A stretch of 64,000 nucleotides of DNA, taken from contig OZ024755.1 in the NCBI GenBank assembly GCA_964016885.1, positions 35,526,001 to 35,590,000 on the forward strand, written 5' to 3'. Of the stretch, positions 53,293 through 64,000 are shown piece by piece. A model generated the notes under the pieces. It searched no databases and was not told where the DNA came from. It worked only from the letters and a program-made list of their open reading frames with translations. The DNA comes from Eledone cirrhosa (taxonomy: Eukaryota). The translations under genes were made by a program, and so were the position numbers. Numbering within the stretch: position 1 is the stretch's first letter; every line of letters begins with the position of its first letter.

Positions 53293-53472
53293 CCCTTTAG
53301 CATTTAAACCGGCCATAATTATCTCACCTCTTTCTGTTCAAACTGGCCACTCATACCGATGTTAAGGTATTGTTCTCAAATTAAATGCTATCAAAATCTC
53401 ATAAATTTGATATTACGTATAGCCTTTATTGTGAAAATATAATATATATAGAGTAATGTAAATGCTAAAGGG
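53293..53472 (+). mobile_element. piggyBac-type MITE (followed by a second partial copy to about 53662)
   Basis: TTAA|CCCTTTAGCATTTA...TAAATGCTAAAGGG|TTAA. Other copies at 58270-58620, 59192-59385 and 60542-60749. Confidence 0.85.
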
Positions 53473-53702
53473 TTAAACTGGCCCATCTGACCAGAATTCT
53501 CTCACCCCTTTCTGTTCAAACTGGCCATAACTGGCCACTCATACTGATGTTAAGGTATTGTTCTCAAAATAAATAATATCAAAATCTCGTAGATTCAATA
53601 TTATGTGAGATAAAGCCTTTACTGCAAAATTGCAATAGTATATATATATAGAGTAATGCTAAACAATTGACTGTCATTTCTAGTTTGACAGCGATGACAT
53701 GT

Positions 53703-56700
53703 CAGGGGTGACTAAAACATTGCTTACAAACCATATACAGCTCTTTGACATTTAAGGTGAAGCTCTTTAAATCACATATAAAAGATGAGAAAAAAACAAA
53801 ACAACTGAAATAACTTTTAAACATTTATAAGTAATAAGTACAGACATTTAAAGGTAATTTTACAGGGTACGTAATCATCAGGAGATCATTTCGGAAACCA
53901 AGATAAGTACTGGTCTGATAAGTAATCAGGCCTGAGACAGACTTTAGACTTTTTTTTAGAACTTGAAACTAGCAATATGAAGCAATGAGAAAACTTTTTC
54001 TATGAATATCTTCCTAAATCAGAAGATAAAACAAGTTAATTGTGATAAAGCCATCAGTAAATAACTAGCAGACACTGTTGACAATGTTTAGTAAAGAAAC
54101 TGATACAACAGCCATTTTGTTACATCAAGGAATATTGCTTGTGGTAAACACTCATAGTCTGATGTTGTGTTTGCTAAGAATATAGCTAAGTTGTTGCAAT
54201 GTTAGGTCTTAAAAAGTACAAAACAACAGTGACTTATATCACAAACACTGGTTTGACACCACTCTACGTAGATGTGTTGTAACAGGAACTACTCTATAGA
54301 GGTGTGCTGTAACAGGAACTACTCTATAGAGGTGTGCTGTAACAGGAACTACTCTATAGAGGTGTGTTCATCATCATCATCAACGTTTAACGTCTATCTT
54401 CCACGCTAGCATGGGTTTAGATGGAAATTGTCCCACCTGAGGAAAGATTGGTCGTCTCGCTTGTATAGGACTGTCTGCCAGGTTTTCTACGGGTGGATGC
54501 CCTTCCTAACACCAACCACGTTTACAGTGTGGACTGGGAGGTTTTTACTGTGTTACCTACACAGCCACATTACAGCGTGGATTGTTTATTTTTTTGTTGT
54601 GGCACCTACATGACCTCATTTATTTAGGACTGGATGTTGTGGTACCAACATAACTTTACAGAGAAAGGGGTGGTGTTGGTGGGGTGGGGGAGTTGGGGGT
54701 AGTGGGATGTGGTGTATATTTGATTGAGAGGTGCCTACTGACTGTAGTTTCGCTTTGTACTTAGGCAAGGCGGGTTTGTAACATGAAACACACTATAGAG
54801 GTGTGTTGTAACAGGAACCACACTACAGGTGTGTTGTAACATGAACCATCTATAGAGGTGTTGTAACATGAAACATTCTACAGGTGTGTTGTAACAGGAA
54901 CCACACTACAGGTGTGTTGTAACAGGAGCCACTCTACAGGTGTGTTGTAACAGGAACCACTCTACAGGTGTGTTGTAACAGGAACCACTCTATAGAGGTG
55001 TTGTAACATGAAACACTCTACAGGTGTGTTGTAACAGGAACCACTCTATAGAGGTGTGTTGTAACAGGAACCACTCTATAGAGGTGTTGTAACATGAAAC
55101 ACACTACAGGTGTGTTGTAACAGGAACCACTCTATAGAGGTGTTGTAACATGAACCACACTACAGGTGTGTTGTAACAGGAACCACACTACAGGTGTGTT
55201 GTAACAGGAACCACTCTACAGGTGTGTTGTAACAGGAACCACACTACAGGTGTGTTGTAACATGAACCACTCTATAGAGGTGTTGTAACATGAAACACAC
55301 TACAGGTGTGTTGTAACAGGAACCACACTACAGGTGTGTTGTAACAGGAACTACACTATAGAGGTGTGTTGTAACAGGAACTACACTATAGAGGTGTGTT
55401 GTAACAGGAACTACACTATAGAGGTGTGTTGTAACAGGAACTACACTAGAGAGGTGTGTTGTAACAGGAACCACTCTATAGAGGTGTGTTGTAACAGGAC
55501 ATGTCCAGTCATTTTGAGCAATGCCTATTAAGCAATGTCATTTTTTTTAAAGAGACTTTGAGCGAAGTTGATAAAAATAAAAATATACTAGACATCTACA
55601 ACTTTTTGTACAAATAATCACACCTTTACAACAGGAAAATAAAAAAAATTATCAAAAATTGACACATTTTATGTTAGAAAGAACTAAAAATTCGCAGTGT
55701 TTAAAATTGGAAAAATTAATTCTAGAAAGGATAAAAATTCATAAATCTATTTCGCTTAAAATTAATCTTCACTGAAATTACCGTTAGCACTTAATGTTTC
55801 GTACAGAGCAACTTCGGTCAAAATGAATGTAACCTCAACAGGAAGTACTCTACAGAGATGTGTTGTAACAGGAAGTACTCTACAGAGATGTGTTGTAACA
55901 GGAAGTACTCTACAGAGATGTGTTGTAACAGGAAGTACTCTACAGAGATGTGTTGTAACAGGAAGTACTCTACAGAGATGTGTTTTAACAGGAAGTACTC
56001 TACAGAGATGTGTTGTAACAGGAAGTACTCTACAGAGATGTGTTTTAACAGGATCAGTGCTAATGTTGCAGTTAAACATAAACAAAATAATATTAAGAAT
56101 TTCCTTGCCTACAGCTTAGCTCTAGATGAATCTGTAGCAGCATTACTTTGTAGCTCGCAACAGCAATCTTTCATGCGTGATCTGGTTACCGGTTGACCAA
56201 TCGTAAGTCGTGCATGAATATACAACTTCCGCCCTGCTAGAAGAAATTCACACTTCTGTTATTGATTCCTTTCTAGTTGCTGTTATTGATTCCTTTCTAG
56301 TTGCTTCAAGAAGGTAACATCCATTTTCCTTTGCGCATCAACACTAACAAAAATGTAACGGTAAATTAGAAACTTTGGTCCTGTCAGCAATTGTTGGCGA
56401 GAGACCACTTTCTTTGCATCAAACACTTATTTTTGTTCATTCACTTTTACGGCATGCCAGCACAACATATTGTAAACTAATTCAGTTGTAAATAAACCAT
56501 TGTAAAAATGTTATAAAGCCTCATGATATTTCTGCCACCAACGAATCTTGTATACACACTCAAAAACAAAATGTCGGACGTGATATGGGAAAATACTTTT
56601 CCCGAGGTTCTATCATTTACCACAATAACAAGTGAGCAAAATATTTGACTTTGCTAACTCACTTGCCAACAAGTCACCTCAGTTGCCTACAACTGTGTTA

Positions 56701-58900
56701 CAGATTTTCTCCTTTCATGGCAAAACCTTTCAACCAAATACAACCATTATTAACTTCTACGTTACATTTACTACTACAACAAACATCTTTTCCCACTATA
56801 ACAACTAACAAAACATTCTTTTCCTCCTATACAATTTAATAACATATTATTTTCTGCTACAAATCTTCTGTCTAACAAGACGACAATGGAAGTTGTTTAT
56901 TGTTTCATCTAACAAGACGACAATGGAAGTTGTTTATTGTTTCATCTGATGTAACTGTGAAAGATGATATGGTGCACTTAGTGACATTAACCCTTTTATT
57001 ATCATATTTCCAATGAAAAAAAAACTGCCTACGATTATGAAATAATTTTGAAAAAAATTAAGATTTTTTTAGGGATTTAGTAATATAACTAACTTCATCA
57101 TTATAAGGCAGGCATTTGGAGCATAGCTTAACAAAGGTTTCTTATAATTATAATGGAAAGTTTTTTGATAAATATAAACAGTTTAAAATAAACAATTTTA
57201 TATTGAAGAACTGGAGGCAGTTTCAGATAGTTTGGTATGGAAATTGTTAAAAGAAACAACATATGTTGTTGACATTAAAAATGAGTTTGACAGCCTTAAC
57301 AAATTCTGATGTTCTAATGAATAAACTTGTCAATGTTGCAACAGATGGAACACTTGCAATGGTGGGGGAGATGCAAGATTAATTACAATTATGAAAAGTG
57401 ATCCCAGTTTTTCAAAGTTTCTCTCTGTTCATTGCATTATTCATTGTTAAACAGCTACCAGGCAGATATTTCAAGTAGGAAGGTGTTATGAAATCTGTCC
57501 TTGAAATTGTCAACTTCATATGCTTAAATGGAAAGACCAACCAATATTTCAGAAATTTTATTGAATAACTTGACATTGAAGATAAACCTAGAGATGTATC
57601 TTTCTGTATTAATTTACTGAAGCCTATTATCACTTTCCATTACAGAAAAAAAAAAAAAAAAAAAAAAAAAAAGGAAAAAGGAAAGACCCTATCCTCCATT
57701 GGAAAAGAATGAATGAATGTGTCTTACTGATATGATGAATCATCTAGAATCTTGCAACTTGGCACCCCAGGGGAGGTAAAGGGAAGTTGAAGATTGTTTC
57801 TGATCTTACTCAGACAATTTTCAGTTTTCATATAAAATAAGAGATTTTCAAAGATATATTATGAAATATCAGACATCTTCCCAGTCACACACAATGGGAG
57901 AGTAGATACACTTCTTGATATTAAAATAAAAGATCATAAAGAATAAAAAGATAAATTATAAGGGCTGCATGATAATTCCCTAGCCATGTTTGATTTGCAG
58001 AAGCTGAAGCCGCCTTGCTTTGACTTTCTTGTAAATCCATTTGTGGGGAAAATGGAACTAATGAAATTAAAGCTGAACCTAAGCCCAACCTTTTAAAATT
58101 TACATTACTCTATATATACTATTATATTTTCACAGTAAAGGCTTTACCTCACATAATACCCCACCTAATATTGAATCTATGAGATTTTGGCATTACTCAT
58201 TTTGAGTGGTTGGCTACCAATTTGAACAGAAAGAGGTGAGAGAATTCTTGTCGGATACAGCCGGTTTAACCCTTTAGCATTTAAACTGGCTGTAATTCTC
58301 TCACTGTTTTCTATTCAAACCGGCCATAACTGGCCCCTCATACTAACTTTAAGGTATTGGTCTCAAAATAAATACTATCAAAATCTCATAGACTCGATAT
58401 TATGTGAGATATTTATGTGAAGTAAAGCCTTTTCTCTGAAAATACAATAGTAAATAAGTTCCTGTATGAGCAAGGCATGGTCAGCCGGCCAGACACTGCC
58501 CACAACAGGACAATCCGTCTAACCCATGCTAGCGTGGAAGAACGGACGTAAAACGGTGATGATGATGATGATGAAATATAGAGTAATGTGAATGATACAG
58601 CTGGTCTAAATGCTAAAGGGTTAAAGATGATTCCCAAATACAAGTTTATATTGGAAATGTGGAAACAACTTCCAGAAATATAACATCCTAAAATGGAGAA
58701 AACCAATGAACAATTCATTTCAATTTTCAGCAGAACATACTGCTGTGAATCACTGTACTATTTATTGTACTTTGGGAAGCTAAAGTGTTATGTGATCTTA
58801 AGAAATAAACATTTGATAGGGCTAATTTATATAGCCTTGATAACATAATTGTCAGATTATCAAAGATTTTCAGCTAAGTGCCACAAAAGAGCAGATTAAA
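53703..58900 (+). pseudogene. Fragmented Buster/SPIN-type (GTF2IRD2-like) hAT transposase fossil
   Basis: Motifs in the expected order: TIR-like CAGGGGTGACTAAA (53703), MFSKETD (about 54085), YSLALDES (about 56110), VATDGTLAMVG (about 57335), VHCIIH (about 57427), VMKSVLEIVNFI (about 57484), FLVNPF (about 58025) and SIFSRTYCCESL (about 58720). Confidence 0.8.
54260..56052. repeat. 28-30-bp minisatellite (actctacagag[a/g]tgtgttgtaacaggaa..) in three blocks
   Basis: Blocks at about 54260-54368, 54775-55500 and 55838-56052, interrupted by an RTE 3' UTR (54368-54775) and another insert. Confidence 0.92.
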
Positions 58901-59599
58901 CATATTTATTACCATATTACTAATAAAATACACTGTATTTCAATTGATTAGTGAAGAATTTGGACAGTTTTACTAAAATTATTAATTATTTCATTATTAA
59001 CATGACATTTGTAACATAACTTACCAAAAGGTTCTATGATGAAATTATGTTAGAAGATATGAAATTAAACAGAAGCCCTTTAAAATGGTTGGTTTGGCTT
59101 CAGAGAACAAAGGGAAGTTTTGAACAGGTTGGTATCAAAAGGTTAAAGGTCTGATAATGTGAGCATTGTTTGTTTGTCATAAAGATATTAACCCTTTAGC
59201 ATTTAAACCGACCATATCTAACTAGAATTCTCTCACCTCTTTCTGTTCAAACTGGCAGCAACTGGCTGCTCAAACTGATGTTAAGGTATTGTTCTCAAAA
59301 TAAATGATATCAAAATCTAATAGATTCGATATCACGTGAGATAAAGCTTTTACCATAAAAATAAAGTAATGTAAATGCTAAAGTGTTAGACTATGGTGTA
59401 TGGTGGTATCTCATTGAAATAGCTCTAATTTTATTGTAAATTCCCTCCATGTTTCATCCAAATATCACCAAAAATATATTTTTCCCTCTTTTTATTTTTA
59501 TCGGTTTAATATTATGTTACTGAAAAGCAAATTCACATATTTTTCTTACATGTTCCCCTAGTTCATTAACTCATTAAATACACTCAATATAGGATGGTG

Positions 59600-59982
59600 G
59601 GTTGGCAGAACCAACTGATAAAAACAATGCCAATCTCCAACTCACAGTCTACAGCCAGAAAATTGCTCAAGTTACAGAGTTTGCATATCTCGGTCACAAA
59701 ATATCATCAAACAACAGTGGAATGGTTGCTGCGCAGTATCACATCGCTCTAGGTTGGGCAGCTTTCAACAAGAACAAGGAAGTACTAACATCAAAACGAG
59801 TTTCCTATCATTTCAAGGCTAAGATCTTTGATACTTACATCATACCAGTTGTGTTATATGGTCTTGACTGTGTTAATTGGATGACAAGGTCACTTCAGAA
59901 GCTCTCTACATTCCAGAACCACATCATGAGACTTATAACTGGCAAGCGGCTCAGCGACCATATCTGTATAGTTTAGTGTCTA

Positions 59983-60058
<76 letters not shown>

Positions 60059-60345
60059 ACTCAACATTAGACCAATTACACAATTGTCAAGTCAAGAGTA
60101 CTCAAACTATACGGTCATATAAAAAGATCAAGTCATGGTGTGAGTAGGTTATTCCTGGAAGGAAGGTTGGCTGGTAAGAGAAGCAGAGACCGGCAGTCAA
60201 AACGATGGCTTGTCAATGTCAACTTATGGACTGGACTTGATCTTTACTTTTAGAATTCTGCTGTTGGTGATCGAACTTTGTGGAGAGAGATATCACATGT
60301 TGATGCACAGTCTGCAACTGGAGGAGTTTAGCATCACAAGAAGAA
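59600..60345 (+). mobile_element. RTE-like LINE 3' fragment split by (TA)n
   Basis: VTEFAYLG...ALGWAAF...IIPVVLYG...FQNHIMR; the reading continues after the TA run at 59985-60055. Confidence 0.8.
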
Positions 60346-60834
60346 AGTTCTAATTTCAAATCCTGCTGAGGTCAACTTTGCCCTTCTAAGTAGGAGTGAA
60401 ATATTGGGAGACAATATATTCAAATATGAACTTTCCTAATTTGAGGCTTTGTGGCTATGTAAGAAGCACTTAAGGTTTTGTGAATATATCTTGTACATAA
60501 GTGAACTTTATGATGACTGATACTAATACAAATTAGTTCAACCCTTTACCATTTACATTACTCTATATTTACTATTGTATTTTCGCACTAAAGGCTTTAT
60601 CTCACATAATATCAAATTTATAAGATTTTGATACTATTTATTTTGAGAACAATACCTTAACATCAGTATGAGTGGCCAGTTATGGCCACTTTGAACAGAA
60701 CGAGGTGAGAGAGTTCTGGCCGGATATGACCAGTTTAAATGCTAATGGGTTAAAGAAACTACATACATGAATAAATATTATTATATAGACATATCTCTTA
60801 ATATTTATATGCAAGTTTTGCAGGAAAATGTGTA

Positions 60835-61495
60835 TCATCATCATCATCATCATCATCATCAACGTTTAACGTCCGTGTTCCACGCTTGCATGGGTTTGGA
60901 CGGGGGTAGTCCCACTTGAGGCAAGAGTGATTGTCTTGCTCGCATAGGACTGTCTGGCAGGTTTTCTACAGTTGGATGCCCTTCCTAACACCAACCACAT
61001 TTACAGTGTGGGTCTGGGAGGTTTTTACCGTGTTGCCTACATGGCCACATTACAGCGTGGACTGTGTGTTTTTTTGTCGTGACACCTACACGATCTCATT
61101 TGTTTCGGCCTCGATGGCGCGGCACCAACATAACTTTACATAGAACGGGGTGGTGTGGATCGGGTGGGGGTGGTGGTGGTGGGACGGGGTGTATTTTGTT
61201 AGAGATGCCTACTGGCTGGAGTAGGTTTTACTATATATTTAGGTAAGGCGGGTCTTCTCTGTTACTGAGTACCGCCAAAGGTCTCGGTCCAGTGACATTG
61301 TCTTGGAGAGGTGTAAGTGTGTGATGTCGGAGTTTATCAGCTCGTCCCAGGTTTTTCTAGGTCTGCCTATTCCGTGGCTACCGTCTATCTTTATTGCCCT
61401 GCACTTTGTTATACAGCTATCGACTTTCATGCGCATCACGTGTCCATACCAACGTAGCCTTCTCTCGAGTAAACAACATCTGATCCCTCTTATCT
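60835..61495 (-). mobile_element. RTE LINE 3' end
   Basis: LERRLRWYGHVMRMK...GRPRKTW, 3' UTR and (GAT)n tail. Confidence 0.85.
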
Positions 61496-61744
61496 CTACA
61501 TAATAATAAAAATGTGTGTGTTAATTTTGTCCCTGTTTTATGTCTCTCAAACATCTAAAGTGTATCGCATTTAGCTAAAGAAGATGAAGGAGAAATGAAA
61601 ACCAAAGTTTTAGAGAGGCAGATACAAAGGATAGGGTAAAATGGAGAAGCTTGTCACGGGACCAACAACATTAACGCCGGCTTCGGTGGCAAAAGTACCT
61701 TTCGGTGTCACTGTATGTGTGATGTTTGAGGATGTATTTCAAAT

Positions 61745-61920
61745 GAAACAAAATATTAAAGCTATGATTAATATAAGCTTTCTGTATTAAAAATATCTTC
61801 AGTTCTGCAAGAATTGGCCATGAAATTATGTTGTACACTTTAGCTTTGTTCCACATATGTTTGGAAAGTGATGTCCTGCTTATTTTAGAACATTCTGCCA
61901 GTTCCTGTCCCCACTTCATA
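61745..61920 (-). mobile_element. Possible Penelope-like GIY-YIG endonuclease C-terminal remnant
   Basis: SRTSLSKHMWNKAKVYNIISWPIL resembles the recalled TxLSKxIW...YxIxWxIL segment of PLE endonucleases. Confidence 0.45.
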
Positions 61921-63932
61921 CAATCACACACACACACACATATATAATGGCTGCATCTCGGTTTCGAGAATTGCCATCCCTTGACATTTTTCTCATACAT
62001 GGGTGGCATAAACATGACTTTTTCGCCCTGCCAAGGACTTAAGTTCCTTTCTACATATGCTACAGCAAAAGAAAAGAAAATCCCATCCTTGTGCAATACA
62101 TGTGAAAGTCATTTAGATCAATTGATGCCTGTACTTGAAGCTTTTTTAAGTGAAGTAAGGCCTTGCACTGGACCAATCCCACTCTCTGAACAGTGGTCAC
62201 AGTTATCCAAAGGGAAGAACAGGTCAACATCCTTGGCTGCCATAGAGTCACAGGTTTTACTTCAAAGTTTTCCTTCTCCTAGAATGATGTCCTAACAAGA
62301 ACTAGGGGTCTCTCACTCCTGGTGGGCTAACTGACTGCTTGGGCACGAAACTGAGTATTTCCATGTCCCTGCACATATATATTATACATAAATGGTGGCT
62401 GCAAACGCTGCTAAGAGTATTGAAATCACTGGCCAGATTATAGAAAATGGTGCACCTTTAGGCTACAGCCAGCCACACGAACCTGCAACATATCCTGAAC
62501 AAGCAATGCCTGTGCTTTGATGGTTTTTTTAAATGGAGAAAGGCCTTGCACTTGACCAATCCCACTCTCTGAGCATTGAAAACACTACCTGGAAAGAAGA
62601 ACTGGTCAACATCATCGGATGCTTCCGAAGGTGCAAGTTTTTATTTAGAGTTTCCCTCTCCTAGAAAGGTGTTGTGACACAAAACTGAGTATTTCCATGC
62701 CTTTCACTCCCAGGTAAAAAAAAAAAAAAGTACTATTTGGATGGCCATTGACTCTACTGAGTACCTCCGCCCTTTGCCTGGTCTTGTATTTCATCCCACA
62801 GGGTGTCCATATATCACCCTCCTCACCAAGCCAGTTTGGTGGGGTTGCCGGCTTACTCTCTGACGACCTGACCATGAGAGAGGTTGTACTGGGTTACATG
62901 TTACCTGTAGCACTTGAGAGCGACCTGACATACATAGATACATACATACATACATACTAACAAACAAACAAGTATGTGTGTGTTTAATCACCTAACAAGA
63001 CCAAAATTATTTGAAAACTACCATGATATATAATATACCATAGAACCTCAGAGATACTGTGAAGAAAAATATAGTATGAAAGAAAAAGAAAATATATCAT
63101 ACTAATTTTTTAAATTGTTTTCTGTAAGTAGAATATATAGCATAGAGAAAAGGAAAACAAAACAAAAAAATGTAATAAAAATGTCCAACAGATTTATATA
63201 TGCATTAGAATACTGTATGAGTAAAGTAATGCAATTTGATATCGCTAAAAGATGAAGGATATAAAAAATATAACTAACATAATTACTACATTGAATTATA
63301 ATGTAATATATAGATATCAGCAGAAAAATTATATAACTAGTGTTGAAATATGAAATAGCTTTCCCTTGCATATAATTGTGTAGATATCTCACTATAAAAT
63401 AAATGTTTTTGAAAATTATAAGGACTGAAGGTGATAAAGCTGTAAAAAAAAATAATCTAAAAAAGCAACAGGAAAAAAAATGAACGAGAAAAATTAAAAA
63501 CAAAAGAGAAAAACAGTAATTTGGAATGTGTTAAAATTAGACCATAAACATGAAAAGCTGACAAAACAGAGCAACAAATCAATATTTTTACATGAAAAAT
63601 AAAGAAAAAAGTAATTAAAAAACAACTTTGTATGAAAATGTCCACCAGCTTTTCAGGTGTGCCAAAATAGTCTATTAGCAAACTAAATGAACTAATATTA
63701 CAAGGGGAAAAAAAACGAAACTTATGAAGAAAATTACTAAGTTACACCATATAGATGCAAGCATGACTGTAGCTACATGGATAATGAATTTATTTCACAA
63801 CCACATGGTTTGGGGTTCAGTTACATGGTGGGGCACCTATGGCAGGTGTCTTTTACTCTAGTCTCTGGTTGATCAATGCCTTATGAGTGAAACTCAGCTG
63901 GCAGAAATTGTGCAGAAGCTCATTGTGTACGC

Positions 63933-63983
<51 letters not shown>

Positions 63984-64000
63984 GGAGGTGAGTTTTATTG

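Overview
AT-rich, repeat-saturated animal genomic DNA, not prokaryotic. The SINE, RTE and (TA)n content resembles an octopod cephalopod genome; this is recalled similarity and was not checked by a search. Almost all ORFs in the track are artefacts of micro/minisatellites or decayed transposons. The only convincing host coding sequence is a 111-nt minus-strand exon (23333-23443) encoding the AGC C-terminal tail of a Greatwall/MASTL-like kinase, so much of the window is probably intron. The rest comprises two tRNA-derived SINE families, RTE LINEs (one with a PHD finger inserted inside the reverse transcriptase), and fragments of R4/Dong, CRE, CR1-like and Vingi-like elements. There is also a fragmented Buster-type hAT transposase, a hAT MITE, piggyBac-type MITEs, Helitrons and many minisatellites born inside transposons. 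The most striking unannotated feature is a set of about 13 minimal type-I hammerhead ribozyme motifs from several unrelated Penelope-like families, 10 of them between about 29.2 and 38.2 kb. They have palindromic stem III, often an AATAAA at or just after the cleavage site, and sit beside (TA)n tracts and long fold-back palindromes. Seven lie in the sense orientation of the presumed kinase pre-mRNA. Coordinates were counted by eye; repeat boundaries are approximate.
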